This document shows positions 48,514 to 58,807 of a stretch of 64,000 nt of DNA, piece by piece. Origin of the DNA: a bacterium (GTDB lineage Bacteria > Bacillota_I > Bacilli_A > RFN20 > CAG-288); assembly GCA_963621825.1 (NCBI GenBank), contig CAVFFP010000004.1, positions 71,718 to 135,717 on the forward strand, given 5' to 3'. Positions within the stretch are counted from its first letter, which is position 1; the number at the start of each line of letters is the position of its first letter. The notes under the pieces are model-generated. The model saw only the letters and a program-made list of their open reading frames with translations, ran no database searches and was not told the DNA's origin. The translations under genes and the position numbers were made by a program.

Positions 48514-49344
48514 TTATAGATTATGAGCGGAAGGTTTACTATCTGTTTTAAATGGATTATCCCCTCTGATGTTTTCAGTTTTGTCTTTCGTTTCCATCAG
48601 ATCATTTGCAACCTGATATCCGATTAATGTGCCAGCAACCGGAGGGACAAAGCTTGTGGATCCCGGGATATCTCTTCTGTCTGTGCACTTGCGTTTGGTT
48701 CCTGGAGGACAGACGCAATGGTAAAGGCAGGAGTCTTCGGTCTCATCTTCTCTTGGTCTTGTCGGTAATTCAGTGGAGGAGACGACCTTCAAGGATTTGA
48801 TTCCTCTTTTACGGAGTTCTTTTCTCATGATTTTGCTGAGAGGATCTCCTTTTGTATCAAAGACATCACAAAGGACGAGTTTTGTAGGATCTAATCTGTT
48901 TCCACATCCCATGGCAGAGATGACAGGGACATTGGCTTTCTTAGCGTTTTCGATGATATCTAGTTTTGCGGTTACGGTATCGAGTGCATCGATAACGTAA
49001 TCGAACTTGGAGAAATCGAATTCATCTTTCTTATCCGGCAAATAGAACGTTTTATGTTTGTTGACGATGATCTTCGGATTGATGTCATGGATTCTTTCTT
49101 CTGCGACATCGACTTTGTATTGACCGTATGTTTTTCTTGTGGCCAGTATCTGTCTGTTGATATTGGTAAGGCACACTAAATCATCATCGACAAGGTCAAA
49201 GGAACCGACTCCGAATCTAGCTAGGGATTCTACGACACTGCCGCCGACTCCTCCGATACCGAATACGATGACTCTCTTGTTCCAGAGCTTCTGTAGTTTT
49301 TCTCTTCCTACTAATAATGAGGTTCTTGAATATTGATTGAGCAT
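48514..49344 (-). CDS. tcdA: tRNA threonylcarbamoyladenosine dehydratase (ThiF/MoeB E1-like family)
   Basis: 276 aa. VIVFGIGGVGGSVVESLARFGVGSFDLVDDD Rossmann/E1-like motif, as in TcdA/CsdL. Confidence 0.75.
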   Translation of the reverse strand: MLNQYSRTSLLVGREKLQKLWNKRVIVFGIGGVGGSVVESLARFGVGSFDLVDDDLVCLTNINRQILATRKTYGQYKVDVAEERIHDINPKIIVNKHKTFYLPDKKDEFDFSKFDYVIDALDTVTAKLDIIENAKKANVPVISAMGCGNRLDPTKLVLCDVFDTKGDPLSKIMRKELRKRGIKSLKVVSSTELPTRPREDETEDSCLYHCVCPPGTKRKCTDRRDIPGSTSFVPPVAGTLIGYQVANDLMETKDKTENIRGDNPFKTDSKPSAHNL

Positions 49345-49503
49345 AACGATAAAAATTTTACCTTGTTTTGTTTCAATTACAAGGAGAAAATGATCAAACG
49401 ATAGAACTATCCTTGATAAAGTGCTTGCCTAATTCATTTAGAGTTGACAATGAAGAAAGAAAAACGCACTATATAATTTGATTGTTTAGGAAGAACAAAG
49501 AAA

Positions 49504-52074
49504 ATGAAACAGAAAAATACGATAGATATCAAAAGAATAAATCCGGATATTCATTCAGGACTGAATGAAAAAGAAACAGAGGAAAGGAAGAAGGCGGGAC
49601 TGGATAACAGAAACAAGAACCATGTCGAGAAATCTTATCTGAGAATCATCTTTGATAATTTCTTCAACTCTTTCAATCTTGTTCTGATCGGAATCGGCTT
49701 GATGTTCCTCTTCTTTGTCATCTATCTGACTCAGACAGGACATAAGGATGTAGCGGATAAGTATTTCGGATTTTCGAAATTTCTCTTTCTCATTCCAGTT
49801 ATACTTAACTCATTGATTGGAACAGTACAGGAATGCCGTTCTAAAAGGATTCTGCATAAAATAAACATCGTCAATAAGGCAAAGTGCACAGTAGTAAGAG
49901 ATGGCCAGGAAAAAGAAATCATTACGGATGACATCGTCATCGATGATATCGTCTGCTTAAAAGCCGGAAACCAAGTCTGTTGTGATATGGAAGTCAAAGA
50001 AGGGACATTAGAAGTTGATGAATCCTTATTGACTGGTGAATCTGATTTGGTGAAGAAAACAAAAGGAGACACTCTATATTCCGGATCTAGCGTGATTGTC
50101 GGTTCTGGATACGCTCAGGTCATGAAAGTTGGAGATGATACTTATGCCTCGAAATTATCGGACAAAGTCAAAAAGCTGAGCAAGCAGAAATCGGAGCTGA
50201 TGACGAATATCTATAAACTGATTAAGATACTTGGCTTCATCCTGATCGGTGTTGTCGTGATTGTGCTCTCTACCTTAATCTATAAGGTAAACCGTTGGGG
50301 TAGTGATCCTTCTGTTTGGTCCGAAGCGTTGGATACGACATACTCCTTAAAGGATGCGACGACCTGGTCTAGGATCATGCTGACAGTCGGTGCCTTCTCG
50401 ATCGGCATTATTCCGACTGGCTTAGTCCTGCTCACTTCGTTGACTTTAGCCGTCTCCATTGCAAAACTTGCAAAACAGAATACCTTGATCCAGGATCTCT
50501 TCTCTTTGGAGAACCTGTCCCGTGTCGATACGATCTGTTTGGATAAGACAGGAACTCTTACCGATGGAAGCATGAAAGTATCTCACTTAACATGCTTTGT
50601 CGATGAGAATGACGTACTTCGATACATCAAGGAATTCAATACCGTCTCAACGGAATCCAATCCTACTGCCCTTGCTTTAAAGGAAGAATATGGAGCTATA
50701 GAAGGTGTCCATGCAACTTACGTACCGTTTTCCAGTCAGACAAAGAGTTCCTCGATAGAGTATGAAAATGGTCTGAAACTTACTCTTGGTGCTCCGGAAT
50801 ATCTGATGGATATCCATTCAAAAGAATATGAAGAGGTGACAGAGGAAGCAAAACAGGGAAACAGAGTCCTTGCTTTTAAGAGAAACGAAGAGGTTATCGC
50901 ACTCTTTGTTCTGAAGGACAATATCCGTACTTCTGCAAAGGATACGATAGAGTATTTCTATGAAAATGGATTGGATGTCAAAATCATCTCCGGTGACAAC
51001 CCACTTACTGTAAGCAAGATTGCAAATCTCTGTTCTGTAAAGAATACAGATAAATACATCTCATTGGAGAATGTCTCATTAGAAGAGATTCCGTCTCTTG
51101 TAGAAGAATATACAATCTTTGCAAGAGTTTCTCCGGAACAGAAGAAAGCGATTGTAGAATCTCTTCAGGAAAAGGGAAGAAAAGTAGGAATGACAGGAGA
51201 TGGTGTTAACGATATTCTTGCTCTTCGTAAAGCAAACGCCTCCATCACATTTGGTAAAGCGACCGATGCTGCAAAAGCGTGTTCTGACGTTGTGCTGATG
51301 GATAATGACTTTGTCCATCTAAGAGAAGTCATCTCTCAGGGTAGACGAGTAGTCAACAACGTTCAAAGAACGGCAACTCTCTTTTTGATGAAGACAACCT
51401 GTTTCCTCTTATTGACTCTACTTCTCATTCCTTTTAAAAGGGGACAGATGTGGTTCAGTGTGGAAAACCTGTATCTGATGCAGAATAGCGTCATCGCAAT
51501 CGGCGGTCTTCTTCTTTCCTTGGAAGGGACGAAGGAACCGATACGTGGGACCTTCCGAAGAAACGTACTTCCTAAAGCAATCTTCTCCGGTGTGTTTATC
51601 ACAATGGGTGCCTTTGTACCTATCTTGTTGAATCAGATTCCTACCTTCTTTGGAAAGACTCCGCTTCTTGCTCAGTCCAATGTCAGCTCTATGATTTCAC
51701 TTCTTACGGCATTATCTGGTTTCATCGTTCTATTTGTCATGTGTTATCCGTTTAGCAAATACAGAATGATTGTGTTTGGTATCTCCTTGCTTTCTGCTCT
51801 TTTCTTCTGCTTTGCGTTTCCGACTTCCGTCATCGGTGGAAAGGTCTCTACCTTCTCGATGTTTCATTCTGCCGACGGCAATATCTTCCACAGTACCTTC
51901 TTCCATGAATTCTTCCAGCCTTGGAATAGTTCTACGGTCAAAGACATAAACAGTCAGCCGTTAGCCTGTTATCTGACAATGGGATTATATCTAGTTATCG
52001 TTGCACCGATTTATGTTTTCTCCTTGCGTTTCTTTACAAAGCGTATGGAAGAAAAGAAAGAGAAACAAAAGTAA
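49504..52074 (+). CDS. P-type cation-transporting ATPase (specificity undetermined; Ca2+/Mg2+-type architecture, no N-terminal heavy-metal domain)
   Basis: 856 aa. TGES actuator motif, phosphorylation site ICLDKTGTLT, hinge TGDGVNDILAL, about 10 TM helices. Confidence 0.85.
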   Translation: MKQKNTIDIKRINPDIHSGLNEKETEERKKAGLDNRNKNHVEKSYLRIIFDNFFNSFNLVLIGIGLMFLFFVIYLTQTGHKDVADKYFGFSKFLFLIPVILNSLIGTVQECRSKRILHKINIVNKAKCTVVRDGQEKEIITDDIVIDDIVCLKAGNQVCCDMEVKEGTLEVDESLLTGESDLVKKTKGDTLYSGSSVIVGSGYAQVMKVGDDTYASKLSDKVKKLSKQKSELMTNIYKLIKILGFILIGVVVIVLSTLIYKVNRWGSDPSVWSEALDTTYSLKDATTWSRIMLTVGAFSIGIIPTGLVLLTSLTLAVSIAKLAKQNTLIQDLFSLENLSRVDTICLDKTGTLTDGSMKVSHLTCFVDENDVLRYIKEFNTVSTESNPTALALKEEYGAIEGVHATYVPFSSQTKSSSIEYENGLKLTLGAPEYLMDIHSKEYEEVTEEAKQGNRVLAFKRNEEVIALFVLKDNIRTSAKDTIEYFYENGLDVKIISGDNPLTVSKIANLCSVKNTDKYISLENVSLEEIPSLVEEYTIFARVSPEQKKAIVESLQEKGRKVGMTGDGVNDILALRKANASITFGKATDAAKACSDVVLMDNDFVHLREVISQGRRVVNNVQRTATLFLMKTTCFLLLTLLLIPFKRGQMWFSVENLYLMQNSVIAIGGLLLSLEGTKEPIRGTFRRNVLPKAIFSGVFITMGAFVPILLNQIPTFFGKTPLLAQSNVSSMISLLTALSGFIVLFVMCYPFSKYRMIVFGISLLSALFFCFAFPTSVIGGKVSTFSMFHSADGNIFHSTFFHEFFQPWNSSTVKDINSQPLACYLTMGLYLVIVAPIYVFSLRFFTKRMEEKKEKQK

Positions 52075-52118
52075 TACATCAAAAAAGTGCAGTCTAATAT
52101 AAAGGCCTGCACTTTTTC
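52071..52118. terminator. Probable bidirectional terminator between the ATPase gene and the PTP-like lipoprotein gene
   Basis: Arms aaaaaagtgcag / ctgcacttttt around a long (about 24 nt) loop. T-run follows. Confidence 0.4.
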
Positions 52119-52145
52119 TATTTCTCATTTGATTTTCGCGTCTTT

Positions 52146-53273
52146 TTATTTTGTGATCAATGTGATGAACTCGTCGATTTCGTTATCGGTCATTCCACCG
52201 CTACGAAGATAGTTTTTAGCACCTTCCGAATAGGAGGAAAGATTCTTATTTCCGCTATCCTCACTGCCTACGATACAATCGATGAAGGAGTCGAAGTATA
52301 AAGAGACAATGGCATCATATTTGTCTTTTGTCTCTTCTTTGCTGATCTTGTAGTAGTTCTTGTAAGTCATCATATAGTCAGCGCACATCTCGTCGTAAGT
52401 GGCACCAGCCAAGGCTTCGATCAGAGTGCAGACAAACCCGGTTCTGTCTTTTCCTTCCATACAATGGATATAGAAAGGAGAAGAGTTCTTGCTCATAAAT
52501 TTGAAACCATCTACAACACTCTTCTTGTAATCATCTCTTGTATATCCAGAACCCATAGCCAAGAGGATGATGCTTTTATCTTCGAATAATCCTTTTGTGT
52601 AGTCGGAAGAGAAATCATCCTGGGCTAGATAGTTATTCATATCGTCATCACTGTCGGCTAAATCGATGATGGTCTTGACATTGTTCTCCTTTAAAAGAGT
52701 ATCCGTGTATTTGGCTCTGTTTCTGCTATTGTCTACAGGACTTGCACCACGGAAAATATAATTCTCCTTTAAAGCACCTCCAGTCAGAGAACGGAAGTTG
52801 ACAAATTCTTCATCCGAAGCGTACTGGTTTCTGTCTAAGGAATAACTTTGGCTTAATGCCTCTTGTGTCGAAATGTATTTCTTCTTCTCTACGAGTTTGA
52901 TGTCTACAGTGTCAGTGTTCTTTAAGGATAAGTCATCCCAGATTCCGATATTGTTGAATGTGATGGAGATATTGGTGCTGGACGGGTATCCGACAATGAC
53001 GGGATTTCCATTTTTGACATAGTATCCGTTGTAGTAGGGAACATCCTCTAACGTTTGTCCGTTGCTGAAGGATACGGTACAGCTATCTCCGAATGAGAAA
53101 CCTAAGGCGTTGAAGTCATCGATAGAGATATCGACAACTGCAGATTTGAATTTGCTGTCTTCGAAGATGGAGGCTTTGGATAAGATCACCTCTTTGTTTC
53201 CGTTACAGGAGAAAAGAGAGAACGAGAGAAAGGCAAAGGAGAAAAATGACGTGAGTTTCTTTGTGTGTGTCAT
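52146..53273 (-). CDS. Lipoprotein with protein-tyrosine/dual-specificity-phosphatase-like domain (Y_phosphatase3-type CX5R)
   Basis: Lipobox LFSCNG. P-loop HCMEGKDRTG (HCxxGxxRT/S). Overlaps the upstream TetR gene stop/start by 4 nt. Confidence 0.65.
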   Translation of the reverse strand: MTHTKKLTSFFSFAFLSFSLFSCNGNKEVILSKASIFEDSKFKSAVVDISIDDFNALGFSFGDSCTVSFSNGQTLEDVPYYNGYYVKNGNPVIVGYPSSTNISITFNNIGIWDDLSLKNTDTVDIKLVEKKKYISTQEALSQSYSLDRNQYASDEEFVNFRSLTGGALKENYIFRGASPVDNSRNRAKYTDTLLKENNVKTIIDLADSDDDMNNYLAQDDFSSDYTKGLFEDKSIILLAMGSGYTRDDYKKSVVDGFKFMSKNSSPFYIHCMEGKDRTGFVCTLIEALAGATYDEMCADYMMTYKNYYKISKEETKDKYDAIVSLYFDSFIDCIVGSEDSGNKNLSSYSEGAKNYLRSGGMTDNEIDEFITLITK

Positions 53274-53788
53274 AAGCTTTGTCCTTGGAATTTATTCTGG
53301 ATGTCGATGAAAGGCTTAGATACTTCTTCGATAGGATCTTTGCAATCTCCATCTAACCAATGAATTAGTACGTTGTATAAAGCACCTGCGACAAAATAAG
53401 CGAGATATTTATCTAGCTTGACAGGAAGATTATCTAAGAATTCGGTGGAAAGGAAGTTGAGAAGGACACCATCCAGTTTTGCTTTTCGTAAGCATTTGTT
53501 TGCTTTGATGTTGGACTTGAAGAAGAGGAAAAGTGCAAGAATGGTGACATCGTTGTTTTCTGAAGAATATCCGGAAGAGACATTGACCGTATTCATGAAA
53601 CGGTTCTTAGTCAGTTCAAAGTAACGGATGACGATATCTTCCTTTGTCTTGAAGTAGCGGTAATAGGTCACACGGCTCACACCTGCTTTCTCAACAATCT
53701 CTGTGATGGTGATATCATCAAAGCTTTTTTCATCCATAAGTTTCAGTAATGCATCGGCAATCTTATTCTCAACATCGTTCTTCTTCAT
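53270..53788 (-). CDS. TetR/AcrR-family transcriptional regulator
   Basis: N-terminal HTH ITITEIVEKAGVSRVTYYRYFKTKEDI. 172 aa. Confidence 0.8.
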   Translation of the reverse strand: MKKNDVENKIADALLKLMDEKSFDDITITEIVEKAGVSRVTYYRYFKTKEDIVIRYFELTKNRFMNTVNVSSGYSSENNDVTILALFLFFKSNIKANKCLRKAKLDGVLLNFLSTEFLDNLPVKLDKYLAYFVAGALYNVLIHWLDGDCKDPIEEVSKPFIDIQNKFQGQSL

Positions 53789-53904
53789 TCTCTATCCTCC
53801 TAATCAATCGATTTAAATTTGTAATGTTTTAATACTACCGTTTAATATAATACAATTATCTGTTTCTAGTTGCAATATCTATGAAACATGTTTATTAAGT
53901 TTGT

Positions 53905-53938
53905 AACTTTAAAAGCCGCCTGACTAGCAAGCGGCTTA
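53905..53938 (-). terminator. Probable terminator after the membrane protein gene
   Basis: Stem aagccgc / gcggctt with an 11-nt loop and a T-run on the minus strand. Confidence 0.45.
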
Positions 53939-53959
53939 TGTTTGATGGTTTAGATTTTA

Positions 53960-54484
53960 CTAATTGGCTTTTCCGGCATCGCCGGTTCCGATGTACTTGG
54001 AATCTCCGAAGCCAAGGATGAGGACGAAGATGAGAGGGAGTAAGACAAGACCGACTGTGAATCCAGCACCATGACCGAAGGCTTTGGAAAGCTTGTGCAT
54101 GAGAAGGATTTCAACGACTAAGAGAGCAATCATGATGATGTAATGACAGATGTCTAAGATTTTAATGTAACTGTCAGCCATATTATTGTAACTGAAGACG
54201 GCGCTGAGTGTGGAGAGAAGGATGCTAGCGAAGATGAAGGCTACCATGCATGCGAAGTACTTCTTTCCGGAAACGCACTTGGCGAGGATGTAGATGTTGT
54301 AGACGGGAATTAAGACCTTCCAACCTTTTTCACCCATCTTTGTGAACATCTTCCAACAGGCGATGCAGTAGAGAAGGTAGATGAATAAAAGGACACCGAA
54401 GTAGACGGCCAAGAAAGCAATAAGGACGGCGCTTCCTTCCAGTTCAGGAAAGAACTGCTTAATGTAGTCTAACTGATTTGACAT
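53960..54484 (-). CDS. Small integral membrane protein (174 aa), function unknown
   Basis: Three to four hydrophobic helices. Conserved-looking GEKGWKVLIPVYNIYIL segment. No family assigned. Confidence 0.5.
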   Translation of the reverse strand: MSNQLDYIKQFFPELEGSAVLIAFLAVYFGVLLFIYLLYCIACWKMFTKMGEKGWKVLIPVYNIYILAKCVSGKKYFACMVAFIFASILLSTLSAVFSYNNMADSYIKILDICHYIIMIALLVVEILLMHKLSKAFGHGAGFTVGLVLLPLIFVLILGFGDSKYIGTGDAGKAN

Positions 54485-54746
54485 ATGGACATTCTCCTTT
54501 CTAGATATGTTTGATTTATACTAATCTCCCGTATATCAATTGTCAACAAACCGCCATCCTTTTGTTTAGAATCTTGATGGAATAAGGGTATGAAATAGCA
54601 AAATATTGAATTAACTTTAAAAAATAGGATGCCTCTTGATATCGAAACGGATAGAGAACCTATACGCTTAGACAGAAGAGAAAAAACATCTTGTCATATT
54701 CAACAATAAACTACTCTTTGATTTCCGTTTTTGTTAAACTATAGGA

Positions 54747-56630
54747 ATGAAAAAGTTTAAGTCTTTTCTTGGATTTTTATCTACCTGCTTTGTACTTGCC
54801 TCGTGCAGCCAAGGTTCATTAAAGAAAAGCACATTCAAATATCCTCAGGCATCGGAAAATGACTATGTCGGCACCGCCTATTTCAGTGATGACTATTTTA
54901 TTGAGGATTCCACAGTATATAACAACTCTTTGGCGACTTGCTCTATCGCATTTGCCATGTCCAGTTTTGCAAGCAATGTCAATAAGGATAATCCTACTCA
55001 TCGATATCTGAATGCGGAAGCGTTTCTGAAAGAGAACGGTTTCACGGATATCGACGTCAATTCCTACTATAAAGTCAAATCCACAACCGATTCTCTGGGT
55101 ATGATCTTCGGTCAGAAGAAGATTGGCAATGAAACTTTGATTGCTGTCGGTTTAAGAGGCCAGAACTATGAGATGGAGTGGGCTGGGAATGTCACAGTTG
55201 GTGATGGAAAAGAGAATCCACAGCATAAAGGCTTTTATGATGCTTCGACAATCTATCTCGATAGCCTTAAGGAGTATGTGAAAAACAGTTCCGTAAAAGG
55301 TGAAGTGAAGTTATGGACAGTCGGCTATTCTAGAGCGGGTGCTTCCAATAATCTTGCAATCGGAAGATTAGATCAAGAGATTTCCAAAGGAAACAACATA
55401 TTCGATAATCAGATTTCACTCAAGAAAGAGAATATCTACTGTTATTGTTTTGAGCCTCCGATGGGAGCCTCTTACTTAGAGGAGATATCACCAAGAGCGG
55501 ATATCTATTCCAACATTCATAACATTGTCAACAGCAATGATCCTGTTCCAATGGTCGCTATGAAAGAGTATCGCTTTACAAGATATGGAGTGGATTACTA
55601 TCTTCCTGATCAGGTCAGAAACAAGGATTTCGATTCTCTTCTTCATCCTGTCCTGACGTTCTATAATTCGATGGACAACCATGAGAACTTAGGCGAATAC
55701 TATCTCTCTAAGTTTGTAAATGGAGGAAGCTTCTTCTCTAATTCGAATTCGCAGATGACAGTGGATGAAATCGGCAGCAACAAAATCAACTGGACAAGTG
55801 GACTTTATTTATCGGAACTGATATCTAGTCTTGCGACAATCGGTATTACATCGAGAGAGGAATATGTAGAGAAACTGCAGACTGGGCTTAGAAACATTTT
55901 CCAAATCGTATATAAGAACGGGTCACCGAAGTTCTCGTTTATGACACTTGGTGTTTCCCTTCTTTCCTATCTTCTTAACTCGACCAATGTCGATATTCTG
56001 ATCAATAATCTTCTCCATGATACGGATGCTTTTGTCAAAGACTTCATCGTTTTGTGTCACCGAGTCATGTCGGATTTAGGCATGGATATTTCCCCCTCAG
56101 ATCTTTCTTCCTGTATCGAAGGCCTTCTTTCTGCTCTGGCTAAAGTGTTTCTGAACAACTTAGAGCTTTTCTTTACTCTTCTTAGCACGGACAATGTTCA
56201 TTCTCTTGCCGCGGCTCATTATCCTGAACTGTGTTTTGCCCATTTGATGAGTCAAGATGTGAATTACGGATCTCATCCGAAGGAATACAATAGCGATGGA
56301 AGCTACTATTATCTTGAAGTTAACGATGTTACAGATAGCACCTTTGTCAGAATCGAGGACAATACTGGAAAGAGCGTGGCCTCTTTATTCAATGGTGTTT
56401 TGGATAAATCCGGTGACATTACGTATGGTTCTAATGGTTCTACCTTCTTTGCTTATATCCCTGTGGAAGTGGAATATCATATCGTTATGAGGGATGCTTC
56501 CTCTTATCATCTTACCTATTTCGACCAGAGACAGGAGAACATGGTCTCCTATAAGGACGGAGATGTTCCTGCTTCGGAAGAAAAAGAAATCGTGACGGAG
56601 ACGTATCCGGAGAAAAAGGCAACGCTATGA
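54747..56630 (+). CDS. Lipoprotein, putative alpha/beta-hydrolase (lipase class 3 / DUF2974-like)
   Basis: Lipobox VLASCSQ. Candidate nucleophile elbow G-Y-S-R-A-G-A. Fold assignment is tentative. Confidence 0.45.
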   Translation: MKKFKSFLGFLSTCFVLASCSQGSLKKSTFKYPQASENDYVGTAYFSDDYFIEDSTVYNNSLATCSIAFAMSSFASNVNKDNPTHRYLNAEAFLKENGFTDIDVNSYYKVKSTTDSLGMIFGQKKIGNETLIAVGLRGQNYEMEWAGNVTVGDGKENPQHKGFYDASTIYLDSLKEYVKNSSVKGEVKLWTVGYSRAGASNNLAIGRLDQEISKGNNIFDNQISLKKENIYCYCFEPPMGASYLEEISPRADIYSNIHNIVNSNDPVPMVAMKEYRFTRYGVDYYLPDQVRNKDFDSLLHPVLTFYNSMDNHENLGEYYLSKFVNGGSFFSNSNSQMTVDEIGSNKINWTSGLYLSELISSLATIGITSREEYVEKLQTGLRNIFQIVYKNGSPKFSFMTLGVSLLSYLLNSTNVDILINNLLHDTDAFVKDFIVLCHRVMSDLGMDISPSDLSSCIEGLLSALAKVFLNNLELFFTLLSTDNVHSLAAAHYPELCFAHLMSQDVNYGSHPKEYNSDGSYYYLEVNDVTDSTFVRIEDNTGKSVASLFNGVLDKSGDITYGSNGSTFFAYIPVEVEYHIVMRDASSYHLTYFDQRQENMVSYKDGDVPASEEKEIVTETYPEKKATL

Positions 56631-58717
56631 AAACATCATTCAACGAGGTCCTTTATCAAAAGAGAATGGAAAAAGGCATGTCCAAAAAGGCATTTGCTAA
56701 GTTTTTAGGTGTCCCAACACTCTTCTACCGATATTATGAAAACGGATATGTCAAACCAGGAAAGAAATATATTGAACGTATTTCGGACAAACTTGACATC
56801 GATTATTCACTGAATTTTGTCGGTGCTGCCTCTTATCCGAGCGAACTTCCGGAGCGGATGACACGATTTGAAAAGTGGTATCGAACATTATTATCCAAAC
56901 TTTGGGTCAAGATTGTCTTTGTCGTCTTCCTTCTTCTCTCTATCGCGACAATCGGTGTCAGCTTCTCAAAGAACAACGAGATCACAACTCATGCGGATCA
57001 GTTCTACAGCGAGAAATATCTTCAGTTTATCAGTGAGGTACGAGAAAACGGTACGATGACCTTTTCTCTTCTTCATGAACTGACAAGACCAGAGATCCAT
57101 ATCTCTGATGACGAGAAGTATGTGTCGATATCTGCGTCCAGTGAGACATTTGCACTCCGCGATATCAATGCCTATATCCGATATAAAGGGGATAACAGCA
57201 GTCTCTATTATATTGTTCCGAATAGTGCAACTGGTGCTTTGTCTTATCTCTCTGTTCAGTATATAGACTATGTCACCTTGGAAAAGTATATTTCTACTTT
57301 CAATATTGTCGATTCTAAATTTGTCTTCTCTAATGAAATCCGTATGGAAGACGGAAATACATTAGACGCCGCTTCTGATTTATATCCAACAATAAAAGAG
57401 AAGATGTTAAGCAAGATTGATCATGTGAATTCCGACTTTAACACTTTGATCAAGGAAAAGACAGGTATGGAATATGATTTCTATGGCGAACTGCTTGTCG
57501 ATCATAAAGAGGGGGCAAATAAGAACCTCTTTGCTGAGATCATGTCCTTGACTATGGGTATCATCGGTATCGGACTTACCGGACTATTCCTCTTTGCTAT
57601 CCTCTTCTCCTTCTTCTTTGGAATCAAGGAAGAAAAGAAGAAACTGGAACTTGAAAGAGTAGATGCGAAAGTTAATGATGAGGGCTCTGACAATGCAAGA
57701 GGATCGCCTGAAAAAGTCACCGCAAAACAGAAAGAGAATATAGCGATGATGAAAAAAGATATTCCTTTCTTCCCCTTCCTTCCTGAAACCGTCTTGGAAA
57801 TCATCGGTATCTGTCTTATCGCGTTAGGATCGGTTCGAATCTTCCTGAACCTTGAGATGCTCTTCTATAGCTCTGGTGTCACACAGGAAATGTATAACCA
57901 GACCTCTACGAATCTCTTCCGTCTATTCACGGTCGGCATGTTCTTACTCTACTTCATCGACTTCGATATCTTCTTGGACGATAGCCGAAGCTTAAGAAAC
58001 TTCTTCCTCTATGGAATTGTATTCTTCGGTCTCTACTTCATTGAATGCATATTGATTGAATATCTCTCAAAGACAAGAGGACTTATCTTCATATTACGAG
58101 ATTATTATGTTGTTCCGAATAACTTTGGTACCATCTCCTGTTATTTCGGTATCATGTTCTTCCTCTTCTATACTCCAAAGGGAATCAATACAAAAAAGAA
58201 GACAGTCATCTTTAGACTTCTGTCTTTGATACCAATCGCATGGATTCTTGTCTCATCTGTCATCTTTGAGAATTACAAAGCCTTCGGATTGGAATTCAAT
58301 ACCTGGCAGCTTTACTTCTTCGATTCAGAAAGACCGCAGTTCTCATTGCTTTGTGTCTCGTATCTTGTCGGACTCTATCTGATAAGACTTTACTTCAAGA
58401 AAAAATACGGAGAAGAAGCGGCAAGAAGATTCTTCAATGGAAATAGATTCTACTACATCAAGAATATCTTCATCTGTCTGATTGTTACTGCGATTGCTGT
58501 AAACGAGTACTGCCTTAGAAATTACACAAGCAACATCAAAGGTATAGGTAGCTATTATCAGATTGTTTACCTGATTCCATTGCTCCTTTTCTATCATCCA
58601 CACTTGGGAAAACGTTGCAAACCGTTAGATTACTTCACTCTGATTCTGTATGGTCTCTTCTTCAGTTTTGGATATCTCTTAGCTGCTATTCTTATCCTTG
58701 CCATGGTATTAAGATGA
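56627..58717 (+). CDS. XRE-type HTH domain fused to a large polytopic membrane domain (membrane-anchored one-component regulator candidate)
   Basis: N-terminal LYQKRMEKGMSKKAFAKFLGVPTLFYRYYENGYVKPGKKYIERISDKLDIDY (HTH_XRE-like). After that: 1 TM, an extracytoplasmic region of about 180 aa, then at least 8 TM helices. ATGA overlap with the upstream lipoprotein gene. Confidence 0.55.
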   Translation: MKTSFNEVLYQKRMEKGMSKKAFAKFLGVPTLFYRYYENGYVKPGKKYIERISDKLDIDYSLNFVGAASYPSELPERMTRFEKWYRTLLSKLWVKIVFVVFLLLSIATIGVSFSKNNEITTHADQFYSEKYLQFISEVRENGTMTFSLLHELTRPEIHISDDEKYVSISASSETFALRDINAYIRYKGDNSSLYYIVPNSATGALSYLSVQYIDYVTLEKYISTFNIVDSKFVFSNEIRMEDGNTLDAASDLYPTIKEKMLSKIDHVNSDFNTLIKEKTGMEYDFYGELLVDHKEGANKNLFAEIMSLTMGIIGIGLTGLFLFAILFSFFFGIKEEKKKLELERVDAKVNDEGSDNARGSPEKVTAKQKENIAMMKKDIPFFPFLPETVLEIIGICLIALGSVRIFLNLEMLFYSSGVTQEMYNQTSTNLFRLFTVGMFLLYFIDFDIFLDDSRSLRNFFLYGIVFFGLYFIECILIEYLSKTRGLIFILRDYYVVPNNFGTISCYFGIMFFLFYTPKGINTKKKTVIFRLLSLIPIAWILVSSVIFENYKAFGLEFNTWQLYFFDSERPQFSLLCVSYLVGLYLIRLYFKKKYGEEAARRFFNGNRFYYIKNIFICLIVTAIAVNEYCLRNYTSNIKGIGSYYQIVYLIPLLLFYHPHLGKRCKPLDYFTLILYGLFFSFGYLLAAILILAMVLR

Positions 58718-58774
58718 ATAGACAAATCTATATAAAATAGATAGGTTGTCTGCTATAGAAGTGCCGGATCATAC

Positions 58775-58800
58775 AAAAAGCCCTCATCGGAGGGCTTTTT
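58775..58800. terminator. Bidirectional Rho-independent terminator
   Basis: Stem aaaaagccctc / gagggcttttt with loop atcg. Lies between convergent genes. Confidence 0.65.
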
Positions 58801-58807
58801 AATATCA

